Shown: positions 39,642 to 50,478, counted from the first letter of the stretch. The stretch: 64,000 nt of DNA from an uncultured delta proteobacterium (GCA_963845145.1 CAWJQU010000017.1:64001-128000); one strand, 5' to 3'. The notes: generated by a model from the sequence alone, not told the origin. A program made the numbers and translations.

Positions 39642-41156
39642 ATGGCTACACAACCCGCACGTAAATCTGAACAACATAATTACTCAACGTCAATAGCGAT
39701 TGGGGCCGGTCTGGTGATGGCCCAGATAGTTGCTACGATTCAGGTCGGCTGGTCTAATCATACCCTGTATAACCGTGTCATGTCAGTGATAGAATCGGGA
39801 TATATCGCTGTGCCTGGTGACCGGATCGAACCAGGGCTATTGTCTCTAAAGGCGGCAATGGGAGGAGGGCTTTTTTTTACGTTGACGGTGGGCGCTTTCT
39901 TAAGCCTGTTTACCATCGGGTGGCTACAACTGTTCAATGGCCCTTTGAACAGGCCGAAATGGGGGGCTGCAACGTTGACGGTCCTGGTTGCCGGGGGATT
40001 GGTTGGATGCAATTGGAACGGTTTTAACCTTTTTGGTTCGCTCTACCTGCTTTTCATTCCGTTGCTTCTTTGTCTGGTGGATAAAAAATGGGGGGCCAGG
40101 CCGAAGAAAGATGGTTTTATTATCCATATACTTTTGCTTTTTGGGCCGATCATAATATTGGCCCTTTTGGGCTTATCTCGATTTGATCGAGATGTTTTTA
40201 GCGATGTGCGGGATCAATTACTATTGTCCAATTCACCGGGTCGGGCGGTGAATGATTTTTACTATCGATATAGCCTGTATCCGGCCGAATCTTTTAAATC
40301 CCTGGCCCAGAAGCAAATACGCACGGTTTATCTGGATGATACGTTTCGACCTTCACTAAGGTCATCTCTTGGCGATACCCTCGCGGCCCGTGATTATTTG
40401 CCCGTGCCCACCGAAGATCAAGCGAATATGGTTTTCCGGCCGGGTGCCGATGGACATTTAATCATTGAATCCCGCATCAGGACCGAACGGATGCAGGCTG
40501 ACTCGTTTTTAAAAAGCCCAGACTCCTCTCTACTGCAGCTTACACGGGCATTCGACAACTATTGGGGGCTTCGAAAAATTATTTTGATTTCGCTGTTATG
40601 CGGGCTCCCCCTATTGGTCTATCTGTCGGTATTCGGTGCAATCCGTATGGTATTGGCTCAGGTGTTACCGATACGGGTGGCGACGATCGGTGCTTCGATG
40701 ACCTGCCTTATCTTGGGGGTTATTGTAATATGGCCACTGAACGCTGCCAAAATGATGAAACCGTCTCGTACAATGATGTTTGATCTGGTCGGATCCTCCG
40801 ATCCGCAGAAACGATTGACAGGTCTCAAACTTCTGGAAAGGGAAGGGGTTGACCTCTCCTCATATCCGATATATCCCCTAATCCTGCATAGCCGCTATGT
40901 CGCCGTCCGTTATCGGCTGGCCCGTATATTGGCGCACGGTCGCGGGGAACCGACATATCGCGATCTTTTGGAGATGCTCAACGATTCCAGCCCCAATGTG
41001 GTTTGCATGGCCTTGCGATCATTGGGCATACGATTAAACCGCCAGGCGATCCCAATCATTTTGGACAAACTACAACAGTCGAACCACTGGTACGTCCAAT
41101 GGTACGCCTACAATGCATTGAAAAAGTTGAAATGGCGACAATACGCGTTGAACTAA
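39642..41156 (+). CDS. Multi-pass membrane protein with C-terminal HEAT repeats
   Basis: Several TM helices; VRYRLARIL, LNDSSPNVVCMALRSLG, WYVQWYAYNAL. Confidence 0.75.
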   Translation: MATQPARKSEQHNYSTSIAIGAGLVMAQIVATIQVGWSNHTLYNRVMSVIESGYIAVPGDRIEPGLLSLKAAMGGGLFFTLTVGAFLSLFTIGWLQLFNGPLNRPKWGAATLTVLVAGGLVGCNWNGFNLFGSLYLLFIPLLLCLVDKKWGARPKKDGFIIHILLLFGPIIILALLGLSRFDRDVFSDVRDQLLLSNSPGRAVNDFYYRYSLYPAESFKSLAQKQIRTVYLDDTFRPSLRSSLGDTLAARDYLPVPTEDQANMVFRPGADGHLIIESRIRTERMQADSFLKSPDSSLLQLTRAFDNYWGLRKIILISLLCGLPLLVYLSVFGAIRMVLAQVLPIRVATIGASMTCLILGVIVIWPLNAAKMMKPSRTMMFDLVGSSDPQKRLTGLKLLEREGVDLSSYPIYPLILHSRYVAVRYRLARILAHGRGEPTYRDLLEMLNDSSPNVVCMALRSLGIRLNRQAIPIILDKLQQSNHWYVQWYAYNALKKLKWRQYALN

Positions 41157-41788
41157 AACCTTTTTTGCTATCCCTCGCGGCGGTTGGGGTCACGGAGGCA
41201 ATGGTTATCATGGCTGCCAACCGGATAACGATCCATCCGATTTTTATTACCGGTGGGATCCGAATGGTCGAAATTCTGATGATCGGCTTCATTATTGGCC
41301 ATGTCTCCCACGGACTGTCGGCTATTGGGATATCTAAAGAAACTGCTGGGCAGGGTTTGGTCCGGGGAATGGTTTGGTCGTTAAGATTCGGTTTGGTTGT
41401 CTTGGCCGTTTTTTCGGGCCTTTTTTTAATGGGTATCAATCCGGTGCGATTGATCGGTGTGCGTTTACCCTCGGGATATCTGAATCTGATCGGCTTCTTC
41501 TTTGTGGGTGGTTTGATCAGCCCTATCGCGGAAGAGATGTTTTTCCGAGGCGTTGTGTTCGGGTTTTTGCGGCGATGGGGATTCTGGTTGGCGATGATTG
41601 TCAGCACCGGCGTTTTTGTCCTGCCCCATCTTTCCGGCGTTGGCGTTCCGCTGACCCAGGTCGCGGGCGGGATTGTATTTGCCGCTGCCTATGAAAAGAC
41701 AGGGAGCCTGATCACTGCCATCACGGTTCATGTCCTGGGAAATCTGGCAATCTTCGGTCTATCGTTTTTTAGACCGATGCTTGGCTGA
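41132..41788 (+). CDS. CPBP (CAAX/Abi) intramembrane metalloprotease
   Basis: PIAEEMFFRG, FVLPH, HVLGN; start at MATIRV. Confidence 0.9.
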   Translation: MATIRVELKPFLLSLAAVGVTEAMVIMAANRITIHPIFITGGIRMVEILMIGFIIGHVSHGLSAIGISKETAGQGLVRGMVWSLRFGLVVLAVFSGLFLMGINPVRLIGVRLPSGYLNLIGFFFVGGLISPIAEEMFFRGVVFGFLRRWGFWLAMIVSTGVFVLPHLSGVGVPLTQVAGGIVFAAAYEKTGSLITAITVHVLGNLAIFGLSFFRPMLG

Positions 41789-41810
41789 ACCATCTATATT
41801 TAACGGTGAT

Positions 41811-42566
41811 TTAACCGTCAAAATGAAGGCTCTCGCCATCGGCAGGGATCAATAGTTGGCGATTGGATATCCCATTTTTGTGAGCGGTTTGTCGTAGCTG
41901 TTCTCGTGTGATAAAACAATGATCCAAAGCTTCCATGTGAACAGCGACAACAGTCGCTTGCGGTGCATGGTTGCAAAGGGCGATAACCATGTCATCATCC
42001 ATGATGATGACATCGCTGCCCGGAAGTTTCGCGCCGGAGGCATGCACGATAATAATATCCGGGCGCACACGTGCTACAATTTGCTTCACAGGTTGACACC
42101 AGATGCTATCTCCGACCCAATAAACGGTCGGTTCATGATTTGCCTCCAAAACAAATCCGGATACTTCCCCCAATTCATTGAGGATATCCCCGCTGCCATG
42201 TTGCCCCTCGGTTCGGGTTATACGGATTTGGTTGAGCGGCATTTGTTCCTGGACGGGGTTTATTGTCTTGAATCCTTCTTCGCGAAAACGCTCTACATCA
42301 ACGGGTTGACAATAAACCGGCAGGGTTTTTGGTAAGGTTTCATAGGCAATTTTGTCAAAATGATCTTGATGCACATGAGACGCCAGTACCGCATCGATAT
42401 TCGCCATGATTTCGGCCATTGTCATGGGTAAAGGCGTTGTCGGGTTAGGCGCGATACCGGCCCAGGATTCTATGGCCCCCACATCGGATAGCATGGGGTC
42501 GGTGAGAAGGGTGGTGCCGGCCATTTCAATGCGCATGGTAGCGTTTCGAATGAGTTGGAGTTTCAT
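41811..42566 (-). CDS. MBL-fold metallo-hydrolase (UlaG-like)
   Basis: IRNAT, LLTDPML, SHVHQDHFD, YWVGDS, VHMEA.DH. Confidence 0.9.
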   Translation of the reverse strand: MKLQLIRNATMRIEMAGTTLLTDPMLSDVGAIESWAGIAPNPTTPLPMTMAEIMANIDAVLASHVHQDHFDKIAYETLPKTLPVYCQPVDVERFREEGFKTINPVQEQMPLNQIRITRTEGQHGSGDILNELGEVSGFVLEANHEPTVYWVGDSIWCQPVKQIVARVRPDIIIVHASGAKLPGSDVIIMDDDMVIALCNHAPQATVVAVHMEALDHCFITREQLRQTAHKNGISNRQLLIPADGESLHFDG

Positions 42567-42606
42567 ATAGTCAGCCTGTTTGTTGAATTTTAGGTATTTG
42601 TCTCTA

Positions 42607-43080
42607 TTATATTTTCATAATCTGGTCACGGTTGTCCCATACTTTTTGAATAAAGGCCTGCCAGGTATTATTGGGTTTCCAGATTTCAGCCACCGGCGCC
42701 ATGGCTTTATCTTTCGGCCAATCCTGGATGATCATCCGGAAAAGCGCCATGAACACGGATACCCGCATATTGGCTTCACAATGGACATGAATATTTTGGT
42801 CCTTATTCTCCGCCATGGTTCGGCAAAAATCTTTAAAATTATCTATATGCGGCCTTTCCCAGTAAACCGGTATCCTCACAAAATCTAAACCCACGGCTTT
42901 AACCAGGTCCGCCTCACCGGGAAGATCCGTTCCAATACCATCAGGGACCAGGGTGATGATTAAGTCTGTGTCTAATCCGCCAATTAGGGGTATTTCATCT
43001 TTTAGCGGCATCCCGGATGTGGTGATCCTTTTCGAAAGTCGTAAGAAGTTAAAAATGGACAATGTATCCTCGGATTGCAT
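42607..43080 (-). CDS. Protein-tyrosine-phosphatase-like / DUF442 protein
   Basis: TSGMP, IPV.WERP, VHCEANMRVS (CX4R), IWKPN.TW. Confidence 0.8.
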   Translation of the reverse strand: MQSEDTLSIFNFLRLSKRITTSGMPLKDEIPLIGGLDTDLIITLVPDGIGTDLPGEADLVKAVGLDFVRIPVYWERPHIDNFKDFCRTMAENKDQNIHVHCEANMRVSVFMALFRMIIQDWPKDKAMAPVAEIWKPNNTWQAFIQKVWDNRDQIMKI

Positions 43081-43137
43081 ATTCACCTTCCTTCGTATCA
43101 ATGGATTGGGTATACCATTTGTTGCCTTACTTTACCT

Positions 43138-44217
43138 CTATGCATCTTTTCCCGGAATTCCCGCTTCCTCAAATGTCAGTACTTCCCTAAAGACTTTAAC
43201 CGCAGCATCCATTAAACCCATAGCCAAAGCGCCGCCGGTGCCTTCTCCCAATCGCATACCCAAATCGAGGATCGGTTCGAGTTTAAGATGGGCAAGCATG
43301 GCCCGGTGCCCGGCTTCGGCCGAACAATGTCCGGCAAACAGGTAGTCGGTCACTGTCGGATTAAGGGCGTGGGCGATAAGCGCACCGGCCGTCGAGATAA
43401 AGCCATCGATCACGACCGGTTTTTGATGATAGGCGCCGGCGAGAATGGAACCGGCAATTCCGGCGATTTCGAAACCGCCAACCTTAGAGAGTACATCGAT
43501 ACCATCGTCAGGGTCAGGCTGGTTGGTTTCGATGCCTTTTTTAATGGCCATTTTTTTTCGATTCAACCCCGTATCGTCCACACCCGTACCCCTGCCAACC
43601 ATTTTGTCCAAGTCGCAACCGGTCAAGACTGCGCCGATGGCAGCGGATGGCGTGGTGTTGCCGATCCCCATATCGCCTGTGCCCATAAGTTCATATCCCT
43701 CCGAAAAAAGTGCTGAGGCACGGTTGAAACCAGCCAGTAGCGCTTGATTGGCCTGTTCCGGTGTCATGGCTGGACCAATGGCCAGGTTGGCCGTGCCGGG
43801 TGCGATTTTGTTTATCGTTAATTGCCCGCTATTTTTCATCACATCTGAAGACAGCTCGGGAACGATCCCCATATCCACAACCCATACATCGGCACCAATA
43901 TGGCTGGAAACCGCATTGATTCCGGCACCACCGGCTAAAAATGTCTGAACCATGGCGCCGGTAACTTCCTGTGGATAGGCGCTCACACCTTCCGCTACGA
44001 CACCATGGTCGCCTGCCATAATCAGGATGCCTTTTTTGGCGATGGAAGGCGTCAGAGTCGCTCCAATGGCACAAAGTCTTTCCGATATTTCATGGAGACG
44101 GCCCATAGCGCGTGTCGGCATGAGCAATTGGGCGGTTCTTTCACCGGCTTTTTCAAGCCAGTTATTATCTACAGGCTTGATATCGGACAAAATTTGGCTG
44201 AGTTTGGTATTCGTCAT
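43138..44217 (-). CDS. cobT: Nicotinate-nucleotide--dimethylbenzimidazole phosphoribosyltransferase
   Basis: AGDHGV..EGVSAYPQEVT, GDMGIGNTT, GGFEIAG, DGFIS, LGMRLGEGTG; start MTNTKL with AGGAG RBS. Confidence 0.96.
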   Translation of the reverse strand: MTNTKLSQILSDIKPVDNNWLEKAGERTAQLLMPTRAMGRLHEISERLCAIGATLTPSIAKKGILIMAGDHGVVAEGVSAYPQEVTGAMVQTFLAGGAGINAVSSHIGADVWVVDMGIVPELSSDVMKNSGQLTINKIAPGTANLAIGPAMTPEQANQALLAGFNRASALFSEGYELMGTGDMGIGNTTPSAAIGAVLTGCDLDKMVGRGTGVDDTGLNRKKMAIKKGIETNQPDPDDGIDVLSKVGGFEIAGIAGSILAGAYHQKPVVIDGFISTAGALIAHALNPTVTDYLFAGHCSAEAGHRAMLAHLKLEPILDLGMRLGEGTGGALAMGLMDAAVKVFREVLTFEEAGIPGKDA

Positions 44218-44247
44218 CGTTAATTCTCCTAATGATAGATAAACGTT

Positions 44248-44285
44248 AAAAATAAAAAACCCCAAGCAGCCTAAACCGCTTGGGG
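44248..44285 (-). terminator. Attenuator terminator downstream of the B12 riboswitch
   Basis: Minus strand CCCCAAGC-N10-GCTTGGGG-TTTTTTATTTTT between the aptamer and the cobT start. Confidence 0.85.
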
Positions 44286-44309
44286 ATTTACCATCTCCGC
44301 AAACACTAA

Positions 44310-44478
44310 TCATTGGGGCAGGTCTTCTGACTGATGGGTCTACCTAATCTCCGCGCCTTCCCACTTTGCTGAAAACAAAGCAGTGGCTGTTTGCGGATTT
44401 CGTCACCAAATACAGCGGCGGGACCGTTCCGGAATTAAACCGAATTCCCTTTTAAGCCTTTTGGGGCACCTTCAATGA
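44310..44478 (-). ncRNA. Cobalamin riboswitch
   Basis: Minus strand GGTGC...TTAAAAGGGAA..CGGT..AATTCCG...CCCGCCGCTGT...GCCACTG...GGGAAGGC...AGTCAGAAGACCTGCC, upstream of cobT. Confidence 0.95.
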
Positions 44479-44610
44479 CCGGTTAAATTGTGATGTAAAC
44501 ATAAAAGAGTGGAAATGCCTTGTCAAATAAAAAAATCGTTACTGTGCGGTATCGTTTATCGACATGGCGGTTAGGTCTGCATGTTATATCAACAGGGTCG
44601 AATTATCCTG

Positions 44611-46278
44611 TTAATTTTCAATCGGCGATGGAATGTGTGATCGATTCACCGCCGGATGGCCATGTTTTAGGGAGGACACGATTTCATCAATCAGCGGTCG
44701 AAGCGTCTGGCGGTCAATGGCGGATATGGGGACACCACCGATGGAGTGGGCAAGGTGGTTGGTCCGGTCCTGACTGATACGATCGGTTTTGTTTAGTACG
44801 CGAACCGTCGGGATGGTATGCAGGGACAAATCAGACAGAATTTTTTCCACCGCCTGAATCCGTTCACCGGTTCTGGGCATGCTAATGTCGATGACATGCA
44901 ATAACAGATCAGCGCTCTCCAGCTCTTCCAGGGTTGCCCGAAAGGCCACCATCAGATCCTTTGGCAGGTCGCGAATAAAGCCCACCGTATCGGTAATAAT
45001 AACTTCCATATCCTGGGGAAATCTCAAGCGGCGACTGGATGGGTCCAGGGTGGCGAATAAGCGTTTTTCGGCCAGCACCCGGCTATGTGTCAAGGTATTT
45101 AATAGGGTTGATTTTCCCGCATTGGTATATCCGACAATGGAGATAATGGGTATGCGGTTTCGACGCCGCCGAAGTCGTTGCTGTCGGCGATGTTTGCGCA
45201 CATTGTCCAGCGTTTTTTCCAGGGCGCGGATTCGCTGGCGGACCCGCCGACGGTTGATTTCGAGCTTGGTTTCACCCGGACCACGTCCCCCGATTCCACC
45301 GGTCAAACGGGACATGGCCGTATTTTTTGCGACGAGACGCGGTAGCAGGTATTTGAGCTGGGCCAGTTCCACCTGGAGCTTGCCTTCACGGGTACGTGCG
45401 CGTTGGGCAAAGATATCCAGGATGAGTTGGGTCCGATCGATGACTTTAAGTTCGATCAGATCCGTAATGGACCGTATTTGGGATGGTGTCAGATTCTGGT
45501 CAAAAATGATTAAGCCCGTGCCTTCCTGGAGGGCGCGAATGGCCAGATCCATGAGCTTTCCGCGCCCCATTAGAAGGCGGGGGTCAATTTTCTTTCGAAT
45601 CTGAAGCACGGTATCAATGACACGGATGCCGCCGGACTTCGCCAGCTCACACAATTCCGCCAACGCATTTTGGGCCACCTTTCGAGGTGCCGTGGAAACG
45701 CTGACAAGCAGCGCTGTGTCTTTTCCCATACCGGCGTCAAAACCGGTGTGACGGGCGGCCAGTTCGGTTTCAATGGCTTTAATAAGCTCATCGCAACCGA
45801 TATCGGCCTCATTGGGGCGCATGGGGTCAAGGTGTTGATAGGGCGGGTCTTTTTTGCCAGGCAGAATATGGGCGGCGTGGACCTGTAAAGGGTCGCCGTT
45901 AGCCGCTACGGTTATCGCGGCCATCAGGTCGAGCCGCAAAAGTGCCAGATCGGTCAGGTCGTCTAAAGTCAGTGGCTCATCGGCCAAATGGGTGTGCACG
46001 CACCGTAACCCGTTTAGTCGGCCGGGTGCCGTACGATAGTCACGCATGTCCGGAATGACGATCCGCCGTTGTGTCCCGACGATTACAAAGGCAATTTTAC
46101 CCTGCCGGGTAACCATTATGGCAATCTGGCGTTGAATTTCCCGGGAGAGTCGGCTGATTTCAAGTATAGACTGGGGGGTGGCAATGAATCGGGGCGGAAT
46201 TTTACGACGATACAGTCTTTCTATCCGGCGGATCTGGTCGGCTTTAAGTCCGGTGAGGTTGCCGAAAACGGATTTCAT
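44611..46278 (-). CDS. hflX: GTPase HflX (long N-terminal form)
   Basis: LILDIFAQRA, GIGGRGPGETKLE, GYTNAGKS, LFATLD, DTVGFI, NKTD. Confidence 0.96.
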   Translation of the reverse strand: MKSVFGNLTGLKADQIRRIERLYRRKIPPRFIATPQSILEISRLSREIQRQIAIMVTRQGKIAFVIVGTQRRIVIPDMRDYRTAPGRLNGLRCVHTHLADEPLTLDDLTDLALLRLDLMAAITVAANGDPLQVHAAHILPGKKDPPYQHLDPMRPNEADIGCDELIKAIETELAARHTGFDAGMGKDTALLVSVSTAPRKVAQNALAELCELAKSGGIRVIDTVLQIRKKIDPRLLMGRGKLMDLAIRALQEGTGLIIFDQNLTPSQIRSITDLIELKVIDRTQLILDIFAQRARTREGKLQVELAQLKYLLPRLVAKNTAMSRLTGGIGGRGPGETKLEINRRRVRQRIRALEKTLDNVRKHRRQQRLRRRRNRIPIISIVGYTNAGKSTLLNTLTHSRVLAEKRLFATLDPSSRRLRFPQDMEVIITDTVGFIRDLPKDLMVAFRATLEELESADLLLHVIDISMPRTGERIQAVEKILSDLSLHTIPTVRVLNKTDRISQDRTNHLAHSIGGVPISAIDRQTLRPLIDEIVSSLKHGHPAVNRSHIPSPIEN

Positions 46279-46299
46279 CAATCGCAATCCGGCGCGGTC

Positions 46300-47679
46300 T
46301 TAATGATCATACGTTTTGGGGGGAGGGGTCGTGGCCGCTTCCTCAAAACGGGTATAGGCATGTAAGAATGTCATCGGAACCTTACCGGTGGGGCCATTAC
46401 GCTGTTTGGAGACAATCAGCTCGGCTTGCCCTTTATTATCCTCCTTATCGGGATAGTAGACCTCATCCCGGTAAATAAAAGCGACGACATCCGCATCTTG
46501 CTCAAGGGCGCCGGATTCTCGCAAATCGGAAAGCTGTGGGCGTTTGTCCTGCCGCTCTTCAAGTTTACGATTCAACTGGGACAAGGCCACGACAGGAACA
46601 CTGATTTCTTTGGCGAGTATTTTTAACGATCTCGATATTGCCGATATTTCCAGATCACGGCGTTCGGATTGCCCACGAGTGCGCATCAATTGAAGATAGT
46701 CGATTATGACCAGGCCGAGGCCTTTATCGAGTTTTAAGCGCCTGGCCTTGGCCCGAATTTCCATGACCGAAATATCCGGGGAGTCGTCAATGTAAATCGG
46801 TGCAGGGGAAAGCCGGCTGGCAGCATCGGTCAGGTCACTCCAATCCGACGGGCTGGAAAAGCCGGTTCGCAGACGAAATGAATCGACTTTTGCCTCGGAG
46901 CAAAGCATGCGCAATGAGAGTTGCTCCATGGACATTTCCAGGGAAAAAAAGGCTACCGACACACCACCATCCACAGCGGCGTTGCGTGCCATATTCAAAG
47001 CAAATGCTGTTTTTCCCATACTTGGACGGGCGGCGAGAATGATCAGATCCGAAGGTTGCAGGCCGGAGGTCATGCTGTCTAACTTGGAATATCCAGTGGG
47101 TACCCCGGTGAGCAGGGTTTTATTTTCCTGTTGTTTTTCCAGGGTATCGAAATTATGGGCGAGAATTTTACCCAGCTGGCGAAAGGCCGGACGGGTTTGA
47201 TCTTCGGCTATTTCAAACACCGACGATTCGGCGAAGTCCACGATATCGTCCACCGGACCCGGATCTTCGTAACACCGCTTGGTTATCTCATTTGCCTTTT
47301 GAATCAGCCGACGCAATCGGGCTTTGCCATGAACGATGCGGGCATAGTGCTGAACGTTCGGCGCCGCCGGGACCGTTTCAATAATCGATGCCAAATGGGC
47401 GGCGCCACCCACCGCTTCAAGTTTTCCTGTGCTGCGCAGTGAATTGGTGACCGTTACGAGGTCGATGGGTTCGTTTTGGTCAAACAGTCCCTCAATGGAT
47501 TCAAAAATGATCTGGTGCGCGCGGCGGTAAAAATCCCGGGGTGTCAGGATCTCGATGATGTCCAGAAACGTATCGCTATCGAGGAGAATCGCGCTGATCA
47601 AGGACTCTTCGGCTTCCAGGCTTTGGGGAGGGAGGCTTTGCAAAGAGGGATCGGTTCTGTTTTTTGATTCTGGCGGCAT
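46300..47679 (-). CDS. dnaB: Replicative DNA helicase
   Basis: PPQSLEAE, AARPSMGKT, IIDYLQLM, DLRESGALEQDAD, KQRNGP. Confidence 0.98.
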   Translation of the reverse strand: MPPESKNRTDPSLQSLPPQSLEAEESLISAILLDSDTFLDIIEILTPRDFYRRAHQIIFESIEGLFDQNEPIDLVTVTNSLRSTGKLEAVGGAAHLASIIETVPAAPNVQHYARIVHGKARLRRLIQKANEITKRCYEDPGPVDDIVDFAESSVFEIAEDQTRPAFRQLGKILAHNFDTLEKQQENKTLLTGVPTGYSKLDSMTSGLQPSDLIILAARPSMGKTAFALNMARNAAVDGGVSVAFFSLEMSMEQLSLRMLCSEAKVDSFRLRTGFSSPSDWSDLTDAASRLSPAPIYIDDSPDISVMEIRAKARRLKLDKGLGLVIIDYLQLMRTRGQSERRDLEISAISRSLKILAKEISVPVVALSQLNRKLEERQDKRPQLSDLRESGALEQDADVVAFIYRDEVYYPDKEDNKGQAELIVSKQRNGPTGKVPMTFLHAYTRFEEAATTPPPKTYDH

Positions 47680-47824
47680 TTTTGTACGCTAAATGGGTGT
47701 TGGGTTGCCGGGATCGGATGGTTGCCATGTCAGCGCCTGACCGGGCGGGGTTGCGCCCTAAAACGTATCCACGGGCGGAATCAGACCCAGCCGAGGCGCA
47801 ATGTGTCGATCGATCAGGCGGATA

Positions 47825-48271
47825 TTATGCTTCGGATACAACCTCAACGGTGATTTCCGGCTCCACTTCGGCATAAACACGAATCGGAACTTTGTAGCTG
47901 CCCGTTTCCTTGATGGGCGCTTGCAATAGAACCATTCGTTTTTCCACCTTAATATCCTGTTTGGCCAGATTCTCGATGATGTTGTTAATAGTGATCGACC
48001 CGTAAAGTTTGTTCTCATTGCCGGCTTTGGCTGAAATGGTACACACCACATCTTTTAATTGATTTGCCATCTCTTCAGCCAGTTTGCGCTCTTTGGCGAT
48101 TTGCAGATCAATTTTTTTTCGTTGGTCTTTTATTCTTTGCCGGTTTTGGGCGGTGTCGGCCAGGGCCTTTCCCTGGGGCAGCAAATAGTTACGCGCATAC
48201 CCATCTGAAACCGTTACTTCGCTACCGATAATCCCGAGGGATTCAATGGTTTCATTTAAAATAACTTTCAT
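47825..48271 (-). CDS. rplI: 50S ribosomal protein L9
   Basis: MKVIL...GYARNYLLPQGKA, KLYGSIT. Confidence 0.98.
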   Translation of the reverse strand: MKVILNETIESLGIIGSEVTVSDGYARNYLLPQGKALADTAQNRQRIKDQRKKIDLQIAKERKLAEEMANQLKDVVCTISAKAGNENKLYGSITINNIIENLAKQDIKVEKRMVLLQAPIKETGSYKVPIRVYAEVEPEITVEVVSEA

Positions 48272-48313
48272 TTTTACCTCTTTTCGTTGTCAATTGGGAA
48301 TGGATATTTTGTA

Positions 48314-49261
48314 TTATTCAGGTTTTTTATTAAGTTTACGAAAATCGAGCCAGGTGTCGAAAAAGCCAAAAGCAATGACCACCATAAGTAGCAATTGCTG
48401 TATAAAAATCAAACCGTAGAGCAGAAACCTGGCAATCTTGGGGAACTGTTTGCGGTTAAAATAAAAGGAGACGATGGCGATCCCCTGAAAAAAATAGACC
48501 GTTAAAAGAATGATCAGCACGTTTAAGCCAACCATCTTAAGGCTACCCAATGGTAGAAGCAGAATACCACCACAGCAGATAACCGGCCAAATCAAAACCT
48601 CCGGTGTGCGCCATTCATTCAGCCGACCAAAGTCAGGAACCGGTAACCCGGAAACAGTAAAAATGGGACGAGCCATCAACAAATTTGCCCAAACCACTAT
48701 CATGGTCATGGTCGTTATCAAAGCGGGCGTAATTCTGACAAGCACGTAGTGAATTTCTTTGAGCGACTCGGAAAATATCCGGACGCTCTCATCAGGAAGA
48801 CCGGCACTTTTATACAAAGCCATGGTTAGTTCAAGACTTCGCATGACATAAGCCGACAACAGTGCGCCAACCCCCTGACCAAGAGTCAGACTGTACAAAA
48901 ACAATCCGGTGGCGCCTGATATTAGAACGATCAGGCATGTTAAAACCACCACCGCCTCCACCGGAAATTTTTTTTCAAAGAGCACACACAAAAAGATGCC
49001 GATTAAAAGCAATTCGGCAAAAAATAACAGATCGGGACCAATCCCACCGATTATCAGCGAGATCACAAAAAGTGAAATCGCTGCGATAATAATACCGTAA
49101 TGAAGGCCCCGTTTGGTTTGCGTGTACATGACCGGAAGCGGAATAAACAAGGCGAAGAAAAAGCCCAAAACGGGCAGATAAACCGCCATGCCGAACAGAA
49201 AGCAGACCAGTGTAATGCTACCCACAAGATCTTTGACTTCCATTTTGGCCAAATCAGGCAT
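48314..49261 (-). CDS. DUF2232 (YybS-like) membrane protein
   Basis: Polytopic, YFFQGIAI, GFFDTWLDFRK; position between rpsR and rplI. Confidence 0.88.
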   Translation of the reverse strand: MPDLAKMEVKDLVGSITLVCFLFGMAVYLPVLGFFFALFIPLPVMYTQTKRGLHYGIIIAAISLFVISLIIGGIGPDLLFFAELLLIGIFLCVLFEKKFPVEAVVVLTCLIVLISGATGLFLYSLTLGQGVGALLSAYVMRSLELTMALYKSAGLPDESVRIFSESLKEIHYVLVRITPALITTMTMIVVWANLLMARPIFTVSGLPVPDFGRLNEWRTPEVLIWPVICCGGILLLPLGSLKMVGLNVLIILLTVYFFQGIAIVSFYFNRKQFPKIARFLLYGLIFIQQLLLMVVIAFGFFDTWLDFRKLNKKPE

Positions 49262-49367
49262 TACCCGTTTACTCCGGATGCATGGCCCCATGAGGCCTTT
49301 AACAACCGTTTCATGTCGCTTATAAAAAGCGATGGCATCCCAGACGGGATTCCTATGTTAAAAAAAA

Positions 49368-49631
49368 TTATCTTCCCTGATATTTGCCGACAAACGGCAG
49401 CAGGGCGATGGATCGGGCGCGTTTGATTGCACGCGTCAATTGACGCTGATGGGTGGCACACGTACCCGAAATACGACGAGGAATAATTCTCCCTCGTTCA
49501 GTGATGTAAAATTTTAATTGCCCTGGATCTTTATAATCGATGTTTAGGGTTTTATCGGCACAGAATCGGCATACTTTACGGCGGTAAAATCTTCTTTTAA
49601 ATGTCGGTTGCCTCGAGGTATTGAAGGCCAT
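49368..49631 (-). CDS. rpsR: 30S ribosomal protein S18 (Zn-binding form)
   Basis: [28 protein letters not shown]. Confidence 0.98.
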   Translation of the reverse strand: MAFNTSRQPTFKRRFYRRKVCRFCADKTLNIDYKDPGQLKFYITERGRIIPRRISGTCATHQRQLTRAIKRARSIALLPFVGKYQGR

Positions 49632-49633
49632 GG

Positions 49634-50194
49634 TTACTCCTTATCGTCAGGGGTGTCTGAATCGGTTGGGGCGTCTTCGGTTGCCGTTTCCGTGGTTTCG
49701 GGTGATTTGGATTCGGTATCCGTCGACGGCGAATTTTCCACCGCTATCTCACTGGGCGGTTCTGCGGTTTCGGTCTCGGCAGCGGCAGCGGCTTCACTTG
49801 CTTCTCTCTTTTGCGCTTCCTCTTCAGCCAATCTGACCCTTTCCTTTGCGGCGGCAACTTTTTCTTCTTCTTCGGTGATTTCGGTCTCGATCGCCTCGAG
49901 ATCAACCTCATCTTCCAGAAGTACCGTCATAAACTTAAGGTAGGCGTCATTAATTTTAAACCGCCGTTCCATTTCAGCGACAAGATCGTTGGTGCCACAA
50001 TAATCGAGGCGTAAATAATGCCCCCGTGGCTTTTTCTTGATCTTGTAGGCCAGCTTACGGCTCCCCCACTCATCAAACTTAACCAGGCGACCATCGTATT
50101 GATCAATCAACTCCTTGATCTGATCAAAAAATTGGCCGCGACCCTCTTCTCCCAAATCCGGATCGAGAATAACAATCGTCTCGTACCTACGCAT
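49634..50194 (-). CDS. rpsF: 30S ribosomal protein S6 with long acidic tail
   Basis: [18 protein letters not shown]. Confidence 0.97.
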   Translation of the reverse strand: MRRYETIVILDPDLGEEGRGQFFDQIKELIDQYDGRLVKFDEWGSRKLAYKIKKKPRGHYLRLDYCGTNDLVAEMERRFKINDAYLKFMTVLLEDEVDLEAIETEITEEEEKVAAAKERVRLAEEEAQKREASEAAAAAETETAEPPSEIAVENSPSTDTESKSPETTETATEDAPTDSDTPDDKE

Positions 50195-50198
50195 TGAA

Positions 50199-50244
50199 CC
50201 TCCTCATGGATGTGTAGCCCCGCGGCTAACCGCTGGAGCAAGGA
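50199..50244 (-). promoter_or_regulatory. Probable S6:S18 autoregulatory leader hairpin sequestering the rpsF RBS
   Basis: Minus strand TCCTT-GCTCC-AGCGG-TTAG-CCGC-GGGGC-TACACATCCATG-AGGAGG; the 5' TCCT can pair with the SD. Confidence 0.5.
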
Positions 50245-50478
50245 TACAAAATGCCAACCCTGGCATAAACAGAACTAAATAATACCAATGATGCGGTATT
50301 GTCAAGGTTGTTTAAGAATAAAAATGAAGATGAAAGGGACCTGAAACGTGGCCTTGACGATAACCCACCAATGGTCATATTTTGAACAACCAGAAAGGGC
50401 GTTAACCGATGCCTATAATCGTCGATGGCGCGGACTAAACGACTTAACACCAATTTAATACCAAGGGAATATTTTAGA

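Noticed and set aside
41132..41788. Abortive-infection defence gene
   Set aside because: CPBP/Abi proteases are mostly housekeeping membrane proteases; no defence context here.
43138..44217. cobT as part of the nicotinate cluster because it uses NaMN
   Set aside because: It has its own B12 riboswitch, lies on the opposite strand and is separated by unrelated genes.
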